Source of the DNA: Eledone cirrhosa
Taxonomy: Eukaryota
Direction of reading: 5' to 3'
Length of the DNA stretch: 64,000 nt
Assembly (NCBI GenBank): GCA_964016885.1
Contig: OZ024740.1
Location: forward strand, 434,992,001-435,056,000
A program made the translations under genes and the position numbers. Positions within the stretch are counted from its first letter, which is position 1; each line of letters begins with the position of its first letter. Below the pieces are notes generated by a model. The model was not told the DNA's origin and made no database searches. It saw nothing but the letters and a program-made list of their open reading frames with translations. Below, piece by piece: positions 1 to 15,000 of the stretch.

Positions 1-3000
1 AAAGGTGGCACTGTGGGAAATTGTTTTAATGGAACCAACTGAAGAATATGATAGATGGCGCTGTGGGAAATTGTTTTAATGGAACCAACAGAAGTATATG
101 ATAGGTGGCACTGTGGGAAACTGTTTTAATGGAACCAACTGAAGAATATGATAGATGGCGCTGTGGGAAATTGTTTTAATGGAACCAACTGAAGTATATG
201 ATAGGTGGCAATGTGGGAAACTGTTTTAATGGAACCAACTGAAGAATATGATAGATGGCGCTGTGGGAAATTGTTTTAATGGAACCAACAGAAGTATATG
301 ATAGATGGCGCTGTGGGAAACTGTTTTAATAGAACCAACTGAAGTATATGATAGGTGGCGCTGTGGGAAACTGGTTTAATGGAACCAACTGAAGTATATG
401 ATAGGTGGCACTGTGGGAAACTGTTTTAATGGAACCAACTGATGTATATGATAGGTGGCGCTGTGGGTAGCTGTTTTAATAGAACCAAGTGAAGTATATG
501 ATAGGTGGCGCTGTGGGTAACTGTTTTAATAGAACTAACTGAAGTATATGATAGGTGGCACTGTGGGAAACTGTTTTAATGGAACCAACTGAAGTATATG
601 ATAGGTGGCACTGTGGGAAACTCTTTCAAATGGAACCAACTGAAGTATATGATAGGTGGCACTGTGGGTAACTGTTTTAATAGAACCAACTCAGGTATAT
701 GATAGGTGGCACTGTGCATAATTGCTTTAATGGAACCAACTGAAGTATATGATAGGTGGCACTGTGGGAAACTGTTTTAATGCAACCAACTGACGTATAT
801 GATAGGTGGCACTGTGGGAAACTGTTTTAATGCAACCAACTGAAGTATATGATAGGTGGCACTGTGGGAAACTGTTTTAATGGAACTAACTGAAGTATAT
901 GATAGGTGGCACTGTGGGAAACTGTTTTAATGCAACCAACTGAAGTATATGATAGGTGGCGCTGTGGGTAACTGTTTTAATGCAACCAACTGAAGTATAT
1001 GATAGGCAGCGCTGTGGGAAACTGTTTTAATGGAACCAACTGAAGTATATGATAGGCGGCTCTGTGGGAAACTGTTTTAATGGAACCAACTGAAGTATAT
1101 GATAGGTGGCACTGTGGGAAACTGTTTTAATGCAACCAACTGAAGTATATGATAGGCGGAACTGTGGGAAACTGTTTTAATGGAACTAACTGAAGTATAT
1201 GATAGGCAGCGCTGTGGGAAACTGTTTTAATGGAACCAACTGAAGTATATGATAGGTGGCACTGTGGGAAACTGTTTTAATGGAACCAACTGAAGTATAT
1301 GATAGGTGGCACTGTGGGAAACTGTTTTAATGCAACCAACTGAAGTATATGATAGGCGGCACTGTGGGAAACTGTTTTAATGGAACTAACTGAAGTATAT
1401 GATAGGTGGCACTGTGGGAAACTGTTTTAATGGAACTAACTGAAGTATATGATAGGTGGCACTGTGGGAAACTGTTTTAATGGAACCAACTGAAGTATAT
1501 GATAGGTGGCACTGTGGGAAACTGTTTTAATGCAACCAACTGAAGTATATGATAGGTGGTACTGTGGGAAACTGTTTTAATGGAACTAACTGAAGTATAT
1601 GATAGGTGGCACTGTGGGAAACTGTTTTAATGGAACTAACTGAAGTATATGATAGGTGGCGCTGTGGGAAACTGTTTTAATGGAACCAACTGAAGTATAC
1701 AATAGGTGGCGCTGTGGGAAACTGTTTTAATGGAACTAACTGAAGTATATGATAGGTGGCGCTGTGGGAAACTGTTTTAATGGAACCAACTGAAGTATAC
1801 AATAGGTGGCACTGTGGGAAACTGTTTTAATGGAACTAACTGAAGTATATTATAGGTGGCACTGTGGGTAACTGTTTTAATGGAACCAACTCAAGTATAT
1901 TATAGGTGGCACTGTGGGTAACTGTTTTAATGGAACCAACTGAAGTATATGATAGGTGGCGCTGTGGGAAACTGTTTTAATGGAACCAACTGAAGTATAT
2001 GATAGGTGGGGCTGTGGGAAACTGTTTTAATGGAACTAACTGAAGTATATGATAGGTGGCGCTGTGGGAAACTGTTTTAATGGAACCAACTGAAGTATAC
2101 AATAGGTGGCACTGTGGGAAACTGTTTTAATGGAACTAACTGAAGTATATGATAGGTGGCGCTGTGGGAAACTGTTTTAATGGAACCAACTGAAGTATAC
2201 AATAGGTGGCGCTGTGGGAAACTGTTTTAATGGAACCAACTGAAGTATATGATAGGTGGCGCTGTGGGAAACTGTTTTAATAGAACCAAGTGAAGTATAT
2301 GATAGGTGGGGCTGTGGGAAACTGTTTTAATAGAACCAACTCAGGTATATGATAGGTGGCGCTGTGGGTAAATCTTTTAATAGAACCAACTGAAGTATAT
2401 GATAGGTGGCGCTGTGGGTAACTGTTTTAATAGAACTAACTGAAGTATATGATAGGTGGCACTGTGGGAAACTGTTTTAATGGAACCAACTGAAGTATAT
2501 GATAGGTGGCACTGTGGGAAACTCTTTCAAATGGAACCAACTGAAGTATATGATAGGTGGCACTGTGGGTAACTGTTTTAATAGAACCAACTCAGGTATA
2601 TGATAGGTGGCACTGTGCATAATTGCTTTAATGGAACCAACTGAAGTATATGATAGGTGGCACTGTGGGAAACTGTTTTAATGCAACCAACTGACGTATA
2701 TGATAGGTGGCACTGTGGGAAACTGTTTTAATGCAACCAACTGAAGTATATGATAGGTGGCACTGTGGGAAACTGTTTTAATGGAACTAACTGAAGTATA
2801 TGATAGGTGGCACTGTGGGAAACTGTTTTAATGCAACCAACTGAAGTATATGATAGGTGGCGCTGTGGGTAACTGTTTTAATGCAACCAACTGAAGTATA
2901 TGATAGGCAGCGCTGTGGGAAACTGTTTTAATGGAACCAACTGAAGTATATGATAGGCGGCTCTGTGGGAAACTGTTTTAATGGAACCAACTGAAGTATA

Positions 3001-6000
3001 TGATAGGTGGCACTGTGGGAAACTGTTTTAATGCAACCAACTGAAGTATATGATAGGCGGAACTGTGGGAAACTGTTTTAATGGAACTAACTGAAGTATA
3101 TGATAGGCAGCGCTGTGGGAAACTGTTTTAATGGAACCAACTGATGTATATGATAGGTGGCGCTGTGGGTAGCTGTTTTAATAGAACCAAGTGAAGTATA
3201 TGATAGGTGGCGCTGTGGGTAACTGTTTTAATAGAACTAACTGAAGTATATGATAGGTGGCACTGTGGGAAACTGTTTTAATGGAACCAACTGAAGTATA
3301 TGATAGGTGGCACTGTGGGAAACTCTTTCAAATGGAACCAACTGAAGTATATGATAGGTGGCACTGTGGGTAACTGTTTTAATAGAACCAACTCAGGTAT
3401 ATGATAGGTGGCACTGTGCATAATTGCTTTAATGGAACCAACTGAAGTATATGATAGGTGGCACTGTGGGAAACTGTTTTAATGCAACCAACTGACGTAT
3501 ATGATAGGTGGCACTGTGGGAAACTGTTTTAATGCAACCAACTGAAGTATATGATAGGTGGCACTGTGGGAAACTGTTTTAATGGAACTAACTGAAGTAT
3601 ATGATAGGTGGCACTGTGGGAAACTGTTTTAATGCAACCAACTGAAGTATATGATAGGTGGCGCTGTGGGTAACTGTTTTAATGCAACCAACTGAAGTAT
3701 ATGATAGGCAGCGCTGTGGGAAACTGTTTTAATGGAACCAACTGAAGTATATGATAGGCGGCTCTGTGGGAAACTGTTTTAATGGAACCAACTGAAGTAT
3801 ATGATAGGTGGCACTGTGGGAAACTGTTTTAATGCAACCAACTGAATATATGATAGGCGGAACTGTGGGAAACTGTTTTAATGGAACTAACTGAAGTATA
3901 TGATAGGCAGCGCTGTGGGAAACTGTTTTAATGGAACCAACTGAAGTATATGATAGGTGGCACTGTGGGAAACTGTTTTAATGCAACTAACTGAAGTATA
4001 TGATAGGCGGCACTGTGGGAAACTGTTTTAATGGAACTAACTGAAGTATATGATAGGTGGCACTGTGGGAAACTGTTTTAATGGAACTAACTGAAGTATA
4101 TGATAGGTGGCACTGTGGGAAACTGTTTTAATGGAACCAACTGAAGTATATGATAGGTGGCACTGTGGGAAACTGTTTTAATGCAACCAACTGAAGTATA
4201 TGATAGGTGGTACTGTGGGAAACTGTTTTAATGGAACTAACTGAAGTATATGATAGGTGGCACTGTGGGAAACTGTTTTAATGGAACTAACTGAAGTATA
4301 CGATAGGTGGCGCTGTGGGAAACTGTTTTAATGGAACCAACTGAAGTATACAATAGGTGGCGCTGTGGGAAACTGTTTTAATGGAACTAACTGAAGTATA
4401 TGATAGGTGGCGCTGTGGGAAACTGTTTTAATGGAACCAACTGAAGTATACAATAGGTGGCACTGTGGGAAACTGTTTTAATGGAACTAACTGAAGTATA
4501 TGATAGGTGGCACTGTGGGTAACTGTTTTAATGGAACCAACTCAAGTATATTATAGGTGGCACTGTGGGTAACTGTTTTAATGGAACCAACTGAAGTATA
4601 TGATAGGTGGCGCTGTGGGAAACTGTTTTAATGGAACCAACTGAAGTATATGATAGGTGGGGCTGTGGGAAACTGTTTTAATGGAACTAACTGAAGTATA
4701 TGATAGGTGGCGCTGTGGGAAACTGTTTTAATGGAACCAACTGAAGTATACAATAGGTGGCACTGTGGGAAACTGTTTTAATGGAACTAACTGAAGTATA
4801 TGATAGGTGGCGCTGTGGGAAACTGTTTTAATGGAACCAACTGAAGTATACAATAGGTGGCGCTGTGGGAAACTGTTTTAATGGAACCAACTGAAGTATA
4901 TGATAGGTGGCGCTGTGGGAAACTGTTTTAATGGAACCAACTGAAGTATATGATAGGTGGTGCTGTGGGAAACAGTTTTAATTGAACCAACTGAAGTATA
5001 TGATAGGTGGCACTGTGGGTAACTCTTTTAATGGAACCAACTCAGGTATATGATAGGTGGCGCTGTGGGAAACTGTTTTAATGGAACCAACTGAAGTATA
5101 TGATAGGTGGCACTGTGGGTAACTGTTTTAATGGAACCAACTCAAGTATATTATAGGTGGCACTGTGGGTAACTGTTTTAATGGAACCAACTGAAGTATA
5201 TGATAGGTGGCGCTGTGGGAAACTGTTTTAATGGAACCAACTGAAGTATATGATAGGTGGGGCTGTGGGAAACTGTTTTAATAGAACCAACTGAAGTATA
5301 TGATACGTGGCACTGTGGGAAACTGTTTTAATAGAACCAAGTGAAGTATATGATAGGTGGGGCTGTGGGAAACTGTTTTAATGAAACCAACTGAAGTATA
5401 TGATACGTGGCACTGTGGGAAACTGTTTTAATAGAACCAAGTGAAGTATATGGTAGGTGGGGCTGTGGGAAACTGTTTTAATAGAACCAACTCAGGTATA
5501 TGATAGGTGGCGCTGTGGGTAAATCTTTTAATAGAACCAACTGAAGCATATGATAGGTGGCGCTGTGGGAAACTGTTTTAATGGAACCAACTGAAGTATA
5601 TGGTAGGTGGCGCTGTGGGAAACTGTTTTAATGGAACTAACTCAGGTATATGATAGGTGGCGCTGTGGGTAACTGTTTTAATAGAACCAACTCAGGTATA
5701 TGATAGGTGGTACTGTGCGTCATTGTTTTAATGGAACCAACTGAAGTATACAATAGGTGGCACTGTGGGAAACTGTTTTAATGGAACAAACTGAAGTATA
5801 TGATAGGTGGCACTGTGGGAAACTGTTTTAATGGAACCAACTGAAGTATATGAAAGGTGGCACTGTGGGAAATTGTTTTAATGGCACCCACTGAAGAATA
5901 TGATAGATGGCGCTGTGGGAAATTGTTTTAATGGAACCAACAGAAGTATATGATAGGTGGCACTGTGGGAAACTGTTTTAATGGAACCAACTGAAGAATA

Positions 6001-9000
6001 TGATAGATGGCGCTGTCGGAAATTGTTTTAATGGAACCAACTGAAGTATATGATAGGTGGCGCTGTGGGAAATTGTTTTAATGGAACCAACAGAAGTATA
6101 TGATAGATGGCACTGTGGGAAACTGTTTTAATGGAACCAACTGAAGAATATGATAGATGGCGCTGTGGGAAATTGTTTTAATGGAACCAACAGAAGTATA
6201 TGATAGATGGCGCTGTGGGAAACTGTTTTAATAGAACCAACTGAAGTATATGATAGGTGGCGCTGTGGGAAACTGGCTTAATGGAACCAACTGAAGTATA
6301 TGATAGCTGGCACTGTGGGAAACTGTTTTAATGGAACCAACTGATGTATATGATAGGTGGCGCTGTGGGTAGCTGTTTTAATAGAACCAAGTGAAGTATA
6401 TGATAGGTGGCGCTGTGGGTAACTGTTTTAATAGAACTAACTGAAGTATATGATAGGTGGCACTGTGGGAAACTGTTTTAATGGAACCAACTGAAGTATA
6501 TGATAGGTGGCACTGTGGGAAACTCTTTCAAATGGAACCAACTGAAGTATATGATAGGTGGCACTGTGGGTAACTGTTTTAATAGAACCAACTCAGGTAT
6601 ATGATAGGTGGCACTGTGCATAATTGCTTTAATGGAACCAACTGAAGTATATGATAGGTGGCACTGTGGGAAACTGTTTTAATGCAACCAACTGACGTAT
6701 ATGATAGGTGGCACTGTGGGAAACTGTTTTAATGCAACCAACTGAAGTATATGATAGGTGGCACTGTGGGAAACTGTTTTAATGGAACTAACTGAAGTAT
6801 ATGATAGGTGGCACTGTGGGAAACTGTTTTAATGCAACCAACTGAAGTATATGATAGGTGGCGCTGTGGGTAACTGTTTTAATGCAACCAACTGAAGTAT
6901 ATGATAGGCAGCGCTGTGGGAAACTGTTTTAATGGAACCAACTGAAGTATATGATAGGCGGCTCTGTGGGAAACTGTTTTAATGGAACCAACTGAAGTAT
7001 ATGATAGGTGGCACTGTGGGAAACTGTTTTAATGCAACCAACTGAAGTATATGATAGGCGGAACTGTGGGAAACTGTTTTAATGGAACTAACTGAAGTAT
7101 ATGATAGGCAGCGCTGTGGGAAACTGTTTTAATGGAACCAACTGAAGTATATGATAGGTGGCACTGTGGGAAACTGTTTTAATGCAACCAACTGAAGTAT
7201 ATGATAGGCGGCACTGTGGGAAACTGTTTTAATGGAACTAACTGAAGTATATGATAGGTGGCACTGTGGGAAACTGTTTTAATGGAACTAACTGAAGTAT
7301 ATGATAGGTGGCACTGTGGGAAACTGTTTTAATGGAACCAACTGAAGTATATGATAGGTGGCACTGTGGGAAACTGTTTTAATGCAACCAACTGAAGTAT
7401 ATGATAGGTGGTACTGTGGGAAACTGTTTTAATGGAACTAACTGAAGTATATGATAGGTGGCACTGTGGGAAACTGTTTTAATGGAACTAACTGAAGTAT
7501 ACGATAGGTGGCGCTGTGGGAAACTGTTTTAATGGAACCAACTGAAGTATACAATAGGTGGCGCTGTGGGAAACTGTTTTAATGGAACTAACTGAAGTAT
7601 ATGATAGGTGGCGCTGTGGGAAACTGTTTTAATGGAACCAACTGAAGTATACAATAGGTGGCACTGTGGGAAACTGTTTTAATGGAACTAACTGAAGTAT
7701 ATGATAGGTGGCACTGTGGGTAACTGTTTTAATGGAACCAACTCAAGTATATTATAGGTGGCACTGTGGGTAACTGTTTTAATGGAACCAACTGAAGTAT
7801 ATGATAGGTGGCGCTGTGGGAAACTGTTTTAATGGAACCAACTGAAGTATATGATAGGTGGGGCTGTGGGAAACTGTTTTAATGGAACTAACTGAAGTAT
7901 ATGATAGGTGGCGCTGTGGGAAACTGTTTTAATGGAACCAACTGAAGTATACAATAGGTGGCACTGTGGGAAACTGTTTTAATGGAACTAACTGAAGTAT
8001 ATGATAGGTGGCGCTGTGGGAAACTGTTTTAATGGAACCAACTGAAGTATACAATAGGTGGCGCTGTGGGAAACTGTTTTAATGGAACCAACTGAAGTAT
8101 ATGATAGGTGGCGCTGTGGGAAACTGTTTTAATGGAACCAACTGAAGTATATGATAGGTGGTGCTGTGGGAAACAGTTTTAATTGAACCAACTGAAGTAT
8201 ATGATAGGTGGCACTGTGGGTAACTCTTTTAATGGAACCAACTCAGGTATATGATAGGTGGCGCTGTGGGAAACTGTTTTAATGGAACCAACTGAAGTAT
8301 ATGATAGGTGGCACTGTGGGTAACTGTTTTAATGGAACCAACTCAAGTATATTATAGGTGGCACTGTGGGTAACTGTTTTAATGGAACCAACTGAAGTAT
8401 ATGATAGGTGGCGCTGTGGGAAACTGTTTTAATGGAACCAACTGAAGTATATGATAGGTGGGGCTGTGGGAAACTGTTTTAATAGAACCAACTGAAGTAT
8501 ATGATACGTGGCACTGTGGGAAACTGTTTTAATAGAACCAAGTGAAGTATATGATAGGTGGGGCTGTGGGAAACTGTTTTAATGAAACCAACTGAAGTAT
8601 ATGATACGTGGCACTGTGGGAAACTGTTTTAATAGAACCAAGTGAAGTATATGGTAGGTGGGGCTGTGGGAAACTGTTTTAATAGAACCAACTCAGGTAT
8701 ATGATAGGTGGCGCTGTGGGTAAATCTTTTAATAGAACCAACTGAAGCATATGATAGGTGGCGCTGTGGGAAACTGTTTTAATGGAACCAACTGAAGTAT
8801 ATGGTAGGTGGCGCTGTGGGAAACTGTTTTAATGGAACTAACTCAGGTATATGATAGGTGGCGCTGTGGGTAACTGTTTTAATAGAACCAACTCAGGTAT
8901 ATGATAGGTGGTACTGTGCGTCATTGTTTTAATGGAACCAACTGAAGTATACAATAGGTGGCACTGTGGGAAACTGTTTTAATGGAACAAACTGAAGTAT

Positions 9001-12000
9001 ATGATAGGTGGCACTGTGGGAAACTGTTTTAATGGAACCAACTGAAGTATATGAAAGGTGGCACTGTGGGAAATTGTTTTAATGGCACCCACTGAAGAAT
9101 ATGATAGATGGCGCTGTGGGAAATTGTTTTAATGGAACCAACAGAAGTATATGATAGGTGGCACTGTGGGAAACTGTTTTAATGGAACCAACTGAAGAAT
9201 ATGATAGATGGCGCTGTCGGAAATTGTTTTAATGGAACCAACTGAAGTATATGATAGGTGGCGCTGTGGGAAATTGTTTTAATGGAACCAACAGAAGTAT
9301 ATGATAGATGGCACTGTGGGAAACTGTTTTAATGGAACCAACTGAAGAATATGATAGATGGCGCTGTGGGAAATTGTTTTAATGGAACCAACAGAAGTAT
9401 ATGATAGATGGCGCTGTGGGAAACTGTTTTAATAGAACCAACTGAAGTATATGATAGGTGGCGCTGTGGGAAACTGGCTTAATGGAACCAACTGAAGTAT
9501 ATGATAGCTGGCACTGTGGGAAACTGTTTTAATGGAACCAACTGATGTATATGATAGGTGGCGCTGTGTGTAGCTGTTTTAATAGAACCAAGTGAAGTAT
9601 ATGATAGGTGGCGCTGTGGGTAACTGTTTTAATAGAACTAACTGAAGTATATGATAGGTGGCACTGTGGGAAACTGTTTTAATGGAACCAACTGAAGTAT
9701 ATGATAGGTGGCACTGTGGGAAACTCTTTCAAATGGAACCAACTGAAGTATATGATAGGTGGCACTGTGGGTAACTGTTTTAATAGAACCAACTCAGGTA
9801 TATGATAGGTGGCACTGTGCATAATTGTTTTAATGGAACCAACTGAAGTATATGATAGGTGGCGCTGTGGGAAACTGTTTTAATGCAACCAACTGACGTA
9901 TATGATAGGTGGCACTGTGGGAAACTGTTTTAATGGAACTAACTGAAGTATATGATAGGTGGCACTGTGGGTAACTGTTTTAATGCAACAAACTGAAGTA
10001 TATGATAGGTGGCACTGTGGGAAACTGTTTTAATGCAACCAACTGAAGTATATGATAGGTGGCACTGTGGGAAACTGTTTTAATGCAACCAACTGACGTA
10101 TATGATAGGTGGCACTGTGAGAAACTGTTTTAATGCAACCAACTGAAGTATATGATAGGCGGCACTGTGGGAAACTGTTTTAATGGAACTAACTGAAGTA
10201 TATGATAGGTGGCACTGTGGGAAACTGTTTTAATGGAACTAACTGAAGTATATGATAGGTGGCACTGTGGGAAACTGTTTTAATAGAACCAACTGAAGTA
10301 TATGATAGGTGGCACTGTGGGAAACTGTTTTAATGCAACCAACTGAAGTATATGATAGGTGGTACTGTGGGAAACTGTTTTAATGGAACTAACTGAAGTA
10401 TATGATAGGTGGCACTGTGGGTAACTGTTTTAATGCAACAAACTGAAGTATATGATAGGTGGCACTGTGGGAAACTGTTTTAATGCAACCAACTGAAGTA
10501 TATGATAGGCGGCGCTGTTGGAAACTGTTTTAATGGAACCAACTGAAGTATATGATAGGTGGCACTGTGAGAAACTGTTTTAATGCAACCAACTGAAGTA
10601 TATGATAGGCGGCACTGTGGGAAACTGTTTTAATGGAACTAACTGAAGTATATGATAGGTGGCACTGTGGGAAACTGTTTTAATGGAACTAACTGAAGTA
10701 TATGATAGGTGGCGCTGTGGGAAACTGTTTTAATGCAACCAACTGAAGTATATGATAGGTGGTACTGTGGGAAACTGTTTTAATGGAACTAACTGAAGTA
10801 TATGATAGGTGGCACTGTGGGAAACTGTTTTAATGGAACAAACTGAAGTATATGATAGGTGGCGCTGTGGGAAACTGTTTTAATGGAACGAACTGAAGTA
10901 TACAATAGGTGGCGCTGTGGGAAACTGTTTTAATGGAACTAACTGAAGTATATGATAGGTGGCGCTGTGGGAAACTGTTTTAATGGAACCAACTGAAGTA
11001 TACAATAGGTGGCACTCTGGGAAACTGTTTTAATGGAACTAACTGAAGTATATGATAGGTTGCGCTGTGGGAAACTGTTTTAATGGAACCAACTGAAGTA
11101 TACAATAGGTGGCGCTGTGGGAAACTGTTTTAATGGAACCAACTGAAGTATATGATAGGTGGCGCTGTGGGAAACTGTTTTAATGGAACCAACTGAAGTA
11201 TATGATAGGTGGTGCTGTGGGAAACAGTTTTAATGGAACCAACTGAAGTATATGATAGGTGGCACTGTGGGTAACTCTTTTAATGGAACCAACTCAGGTA
11301 TATGATAGGTGGCGCTGTGGGAAACTGTTTTAATGGAACCAACTGAAGTATATGATAGGTGGCACTGTGGGAAATTGTTTCTATGGAACCAACTCAAGTA
11401 TATGATAGGTGGCACTGTGGGTAACTGTTTTAATGGAACCAACTCAAGTATATTATAGGTGGCACTGTGGGTAACTGTTTTAATGGAACCAACTGAAGTA
11501 TATGATAGGTGGCGCTGTGGGAAACTGTTTTAATGGAACCAACTGAAGTATATGATAGGTGGGGCTGTGGGAAACTGTTTTAATAGAACCAACTGAAGTA
11601 TATGATACGTGGCACTGTGGGAAACTGTTTTAATAGAACCAAGTGAAGTATATGATAGGTGGGGCTGTGGGAAACTGTTTTAATGAAACCAACTGAAGTA
11701 TATGATACGTGGCACTGTGGGAAACTGTTTTAATAGAACCAAGTGAAGTATATGATAGGTGGGGCTGTGGGAAACTGTTTTAATAGAACCAACTCAGGTA
11801 TATGATAGGTGGCGCTGTGGGTAAATCTTTTAATAGAACCAACTGAAGCATATGATAGGTGGCGCTGTGGGAAACTGTTTTAATGGAACCAACTGAAGTA
11901 TATGGTAGGTGGCGCTGTGGGAAACTGTTTTAATAGAACCAAGTGAAGTATATGATAGGTGGGGCTGTGGGAAACTGTTTTAATGAAACCAACTGAAGTA

Positions 12001-15000
12001 TATGATACGTGGCACTGTGGCAAACTGTTTTAATAGAACCAAGTGAAGTATATGATAGGTGGGGCTGTGGGAAACTGTTTTAATAGAACCAACTCAGGTA
12101 TATGATAGGTGGCGCTGTGGGTAAATCTTTTAATAGAACCAACTGAAGCATATGATAGGTGGCGCTGTGGGAAACTGTTTTAATGGAACCAACTGAAGTA
12201 TATGGTAGGTGGCGCTGTGGGAAACTGTTTTAATGGAACTAACTCAGGTATATGATAGGTGGCGCTGTGGGTAACTGTTTTAATAGAACCAACTCAGGTA
12301 TATGATAGGTGGTACTGTGCGTCATTGTTTTAATGGAACCAACTGAAGTATACAATAGGTGGCACTGTGGGAAACTGTTTTAATGGAACAAACTGAAGTA
12401 TATGATAGGTGGCACTGTGGGAAACTGTTTTAATGGAACCAACTGAAGTATATGAAAGGTGGCACTGTGGGAAATTGTTTTAATGGAACCAACTGAAGAA
12501 TATGATAGATGGCGCTGTGGGAAATTGTTTTAATGGAACCAACTGAAGAATATGATAGATGGCGCTGTCGGAAATTGTTTTAATGGAACCAACTGAAGTA
12601 TATGATAGGTGGCGCTGTGGGAAATTGTTTTAATGGAACCAACAGAAGTATATGATAGATGGCACTGTGGGAAACTGTTTTAATGGAACCAACTGAAGAA
12701 TATGATAGATGGCGCTGTGGGAAATTGTTTTAATGGAACCAACAGAAGTATATGATAGATGGCGCTGTGGGAAACTGTTTTAATAGAACCAACTGAAGTA
12801 TATGATAGGTGGCGCTGTGGGAAACTGGTTTAATGGAACCAACTGAAGTATATGATAGCTGGCACTGTGGGAAACTGTTTTAATGGAACCAACTGATGTA
12901 TATGATAGGTGGCGCTGTGGGTAGCTGTTTTAATAGAACCAAGTGAAGTATATGATAGGTGGCGCTGTGGGTAACTGTTTTAATAGAACTAACTGAAGTA
13001 TATGATAGGTGGCACTGTGGGAAACTGTTTTAATGGAACCAACTGAAGTATATGATAGGTGGCACTGTGGGAAACTCTTTCAAATGGAACCAACTGAAGT
13101 ATATGATAGGCGGCGCTGTGGGAAACTGTTTTAATGGAACCAACTGAAGTATATGGTAGGTGGCGCTGTAGGAAACTGTTTTAATGGAACTAACTGAAGT
13201 ATATGATAGGCAGCGCTGTGGGAAACTGTTTTAATGGAACCAACTGAAGTATATGATAGGTGGCACTGTGGGAAACTGTTTTAATGGAACTAACTGAAGT
13301 ATATGATAGGCGGCGCTGTGGGAAACTGTTTTAATGCAACCAACTGAAGTACATGATAGGTGGCACTGTGGGAAACTGTTTTAATGCAACCAACTGAAGT
13401 ATATGATAGGCGGCACTGTGGGAAACTGTTTTAATGGAACTAACTGAAGTATATGATAGGCGGTGCTGTGGGAAACTGTTTTAATGGAACCAACTGAAGT
13501 ATATGATAGGTGGCACTGTGGGAAACTGTTTTAATGCAACCAACTGAAGTATATGATAGGCGGCACTGTGGGAAACTGTTTTAATGGAACTAACTGAAGT
13601 ATATGATAGGCGGCGCTGTGGGAAACTGTTTTAATGGAACCAACTGAAGTATATGATAGGTGGCACTGTGGGAAACTGTTTTAATGCAACCAACTGAAGT
13701 ATATGATAGGCGGCACTGTGGGAAACTGTTTTAATGGAACTAACTGAAGTATATGATAGGTGGCACTGTGGGAAACTGTTTTAATGGAACTAACTGAAGT
13801 ATATGATAGGTGGCACTGTGGGAAACTGTTTTAATGGAACTAACTGAAGTATATGATAGGTGGCACTGTGGGAAACTGTTTTAATGCAACCAACTGAAGT
13901 ATATGATAGGTGGTACTGTGGGAAACTGTTTTAATGGAACTAACTGAAGTATATGATAGGTGGCACTGTGGGAAACTGTTTTAATGGAACTAACTGAAGT
14001 ATATGATAGGTGGCACTGTGGGAAACTGTTTTAATGGAACTAACTGAAGTATATGATAGGTGGCGCTGTGGGAAACTGTTTTAATGGAACCAACTGAAGT
14101 ATACAATAGGTGGCGCTGTGGGAAACTGTTTTAATGGAACCAACTGAAGTATATGATAGGTGGCGCTGTGGGAAACTGTTTTAATGGAACCAACTGAAGT
14201 ATATGATAGGTGGCACTGTGGGTAACTCTTTTAATGGAACCAACTCAGGTATATGATAGGTGGCGCTGTGGGAAACTGTTTTAATGGAACCAACTGAAGT
14301 ATATGATAGGTGGCACTGTGGGAAATTGTTTCTATGGAACCAACTCAAGTATATGATAGGTGGCACTGTGGGTAACTGTTTTAATGGAACCAACTCAAGT
14401 ATATTATAGGTGGCACTGTGGGTTACTGTTTTAATGGAACCAACTGAAGTATATGATAGGTGGCGCTGTGGGAAACTGTTTTAATGGAACCAACTGAAGT
14501 ATATGATAGGTGGGGCTGTGGGAAACTGTTTTAATGAAACCAACTGAAGTATATGATACGTGGCACTGTGGGAAACTGTTTTAATAGAACCAAGTGAAGT
14601 ATATGATAGGTGGGGCTGTGGGTAACTGTTTTAATAGAACCAACTCAGGTATATGATAGGTGGCGCTGTGGGTAAATCTTTTAATAGAACCAACTGAAGC
14701 ATATGATAGGTGGCGCTGTGGGAAACTGTTTTAATGGAACCAACTGAAGTATATGGTAGGTGGCGCTGTGGGAAACTGTTTTAATGGAACTAACTCAGGT
14801 ATATGATAGGTGGCGCTGTGGGTAACTGTTTTAATAGAACCAACTCAGGTATATGATAGGTGGTACTGTGCGTAATTGTTTTAACGGAACCAACTGAAGT
14901 ATACAATAGGTGGCACTGTGGGAAACTGTTTTAATGGAACAAACTGAAGTATACGATAGGTGGCACTGTGGGAAACTGTTTTAATGGAACCAACTGAAGT

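Noticed and set aside
11230-14393. Two identical 70-aa minus-strand ORFs
   Set aside because: They are translations of the 50-bp satellite where one variant (TTCTATGG) removes a stop. Their identity reflects block duplication.
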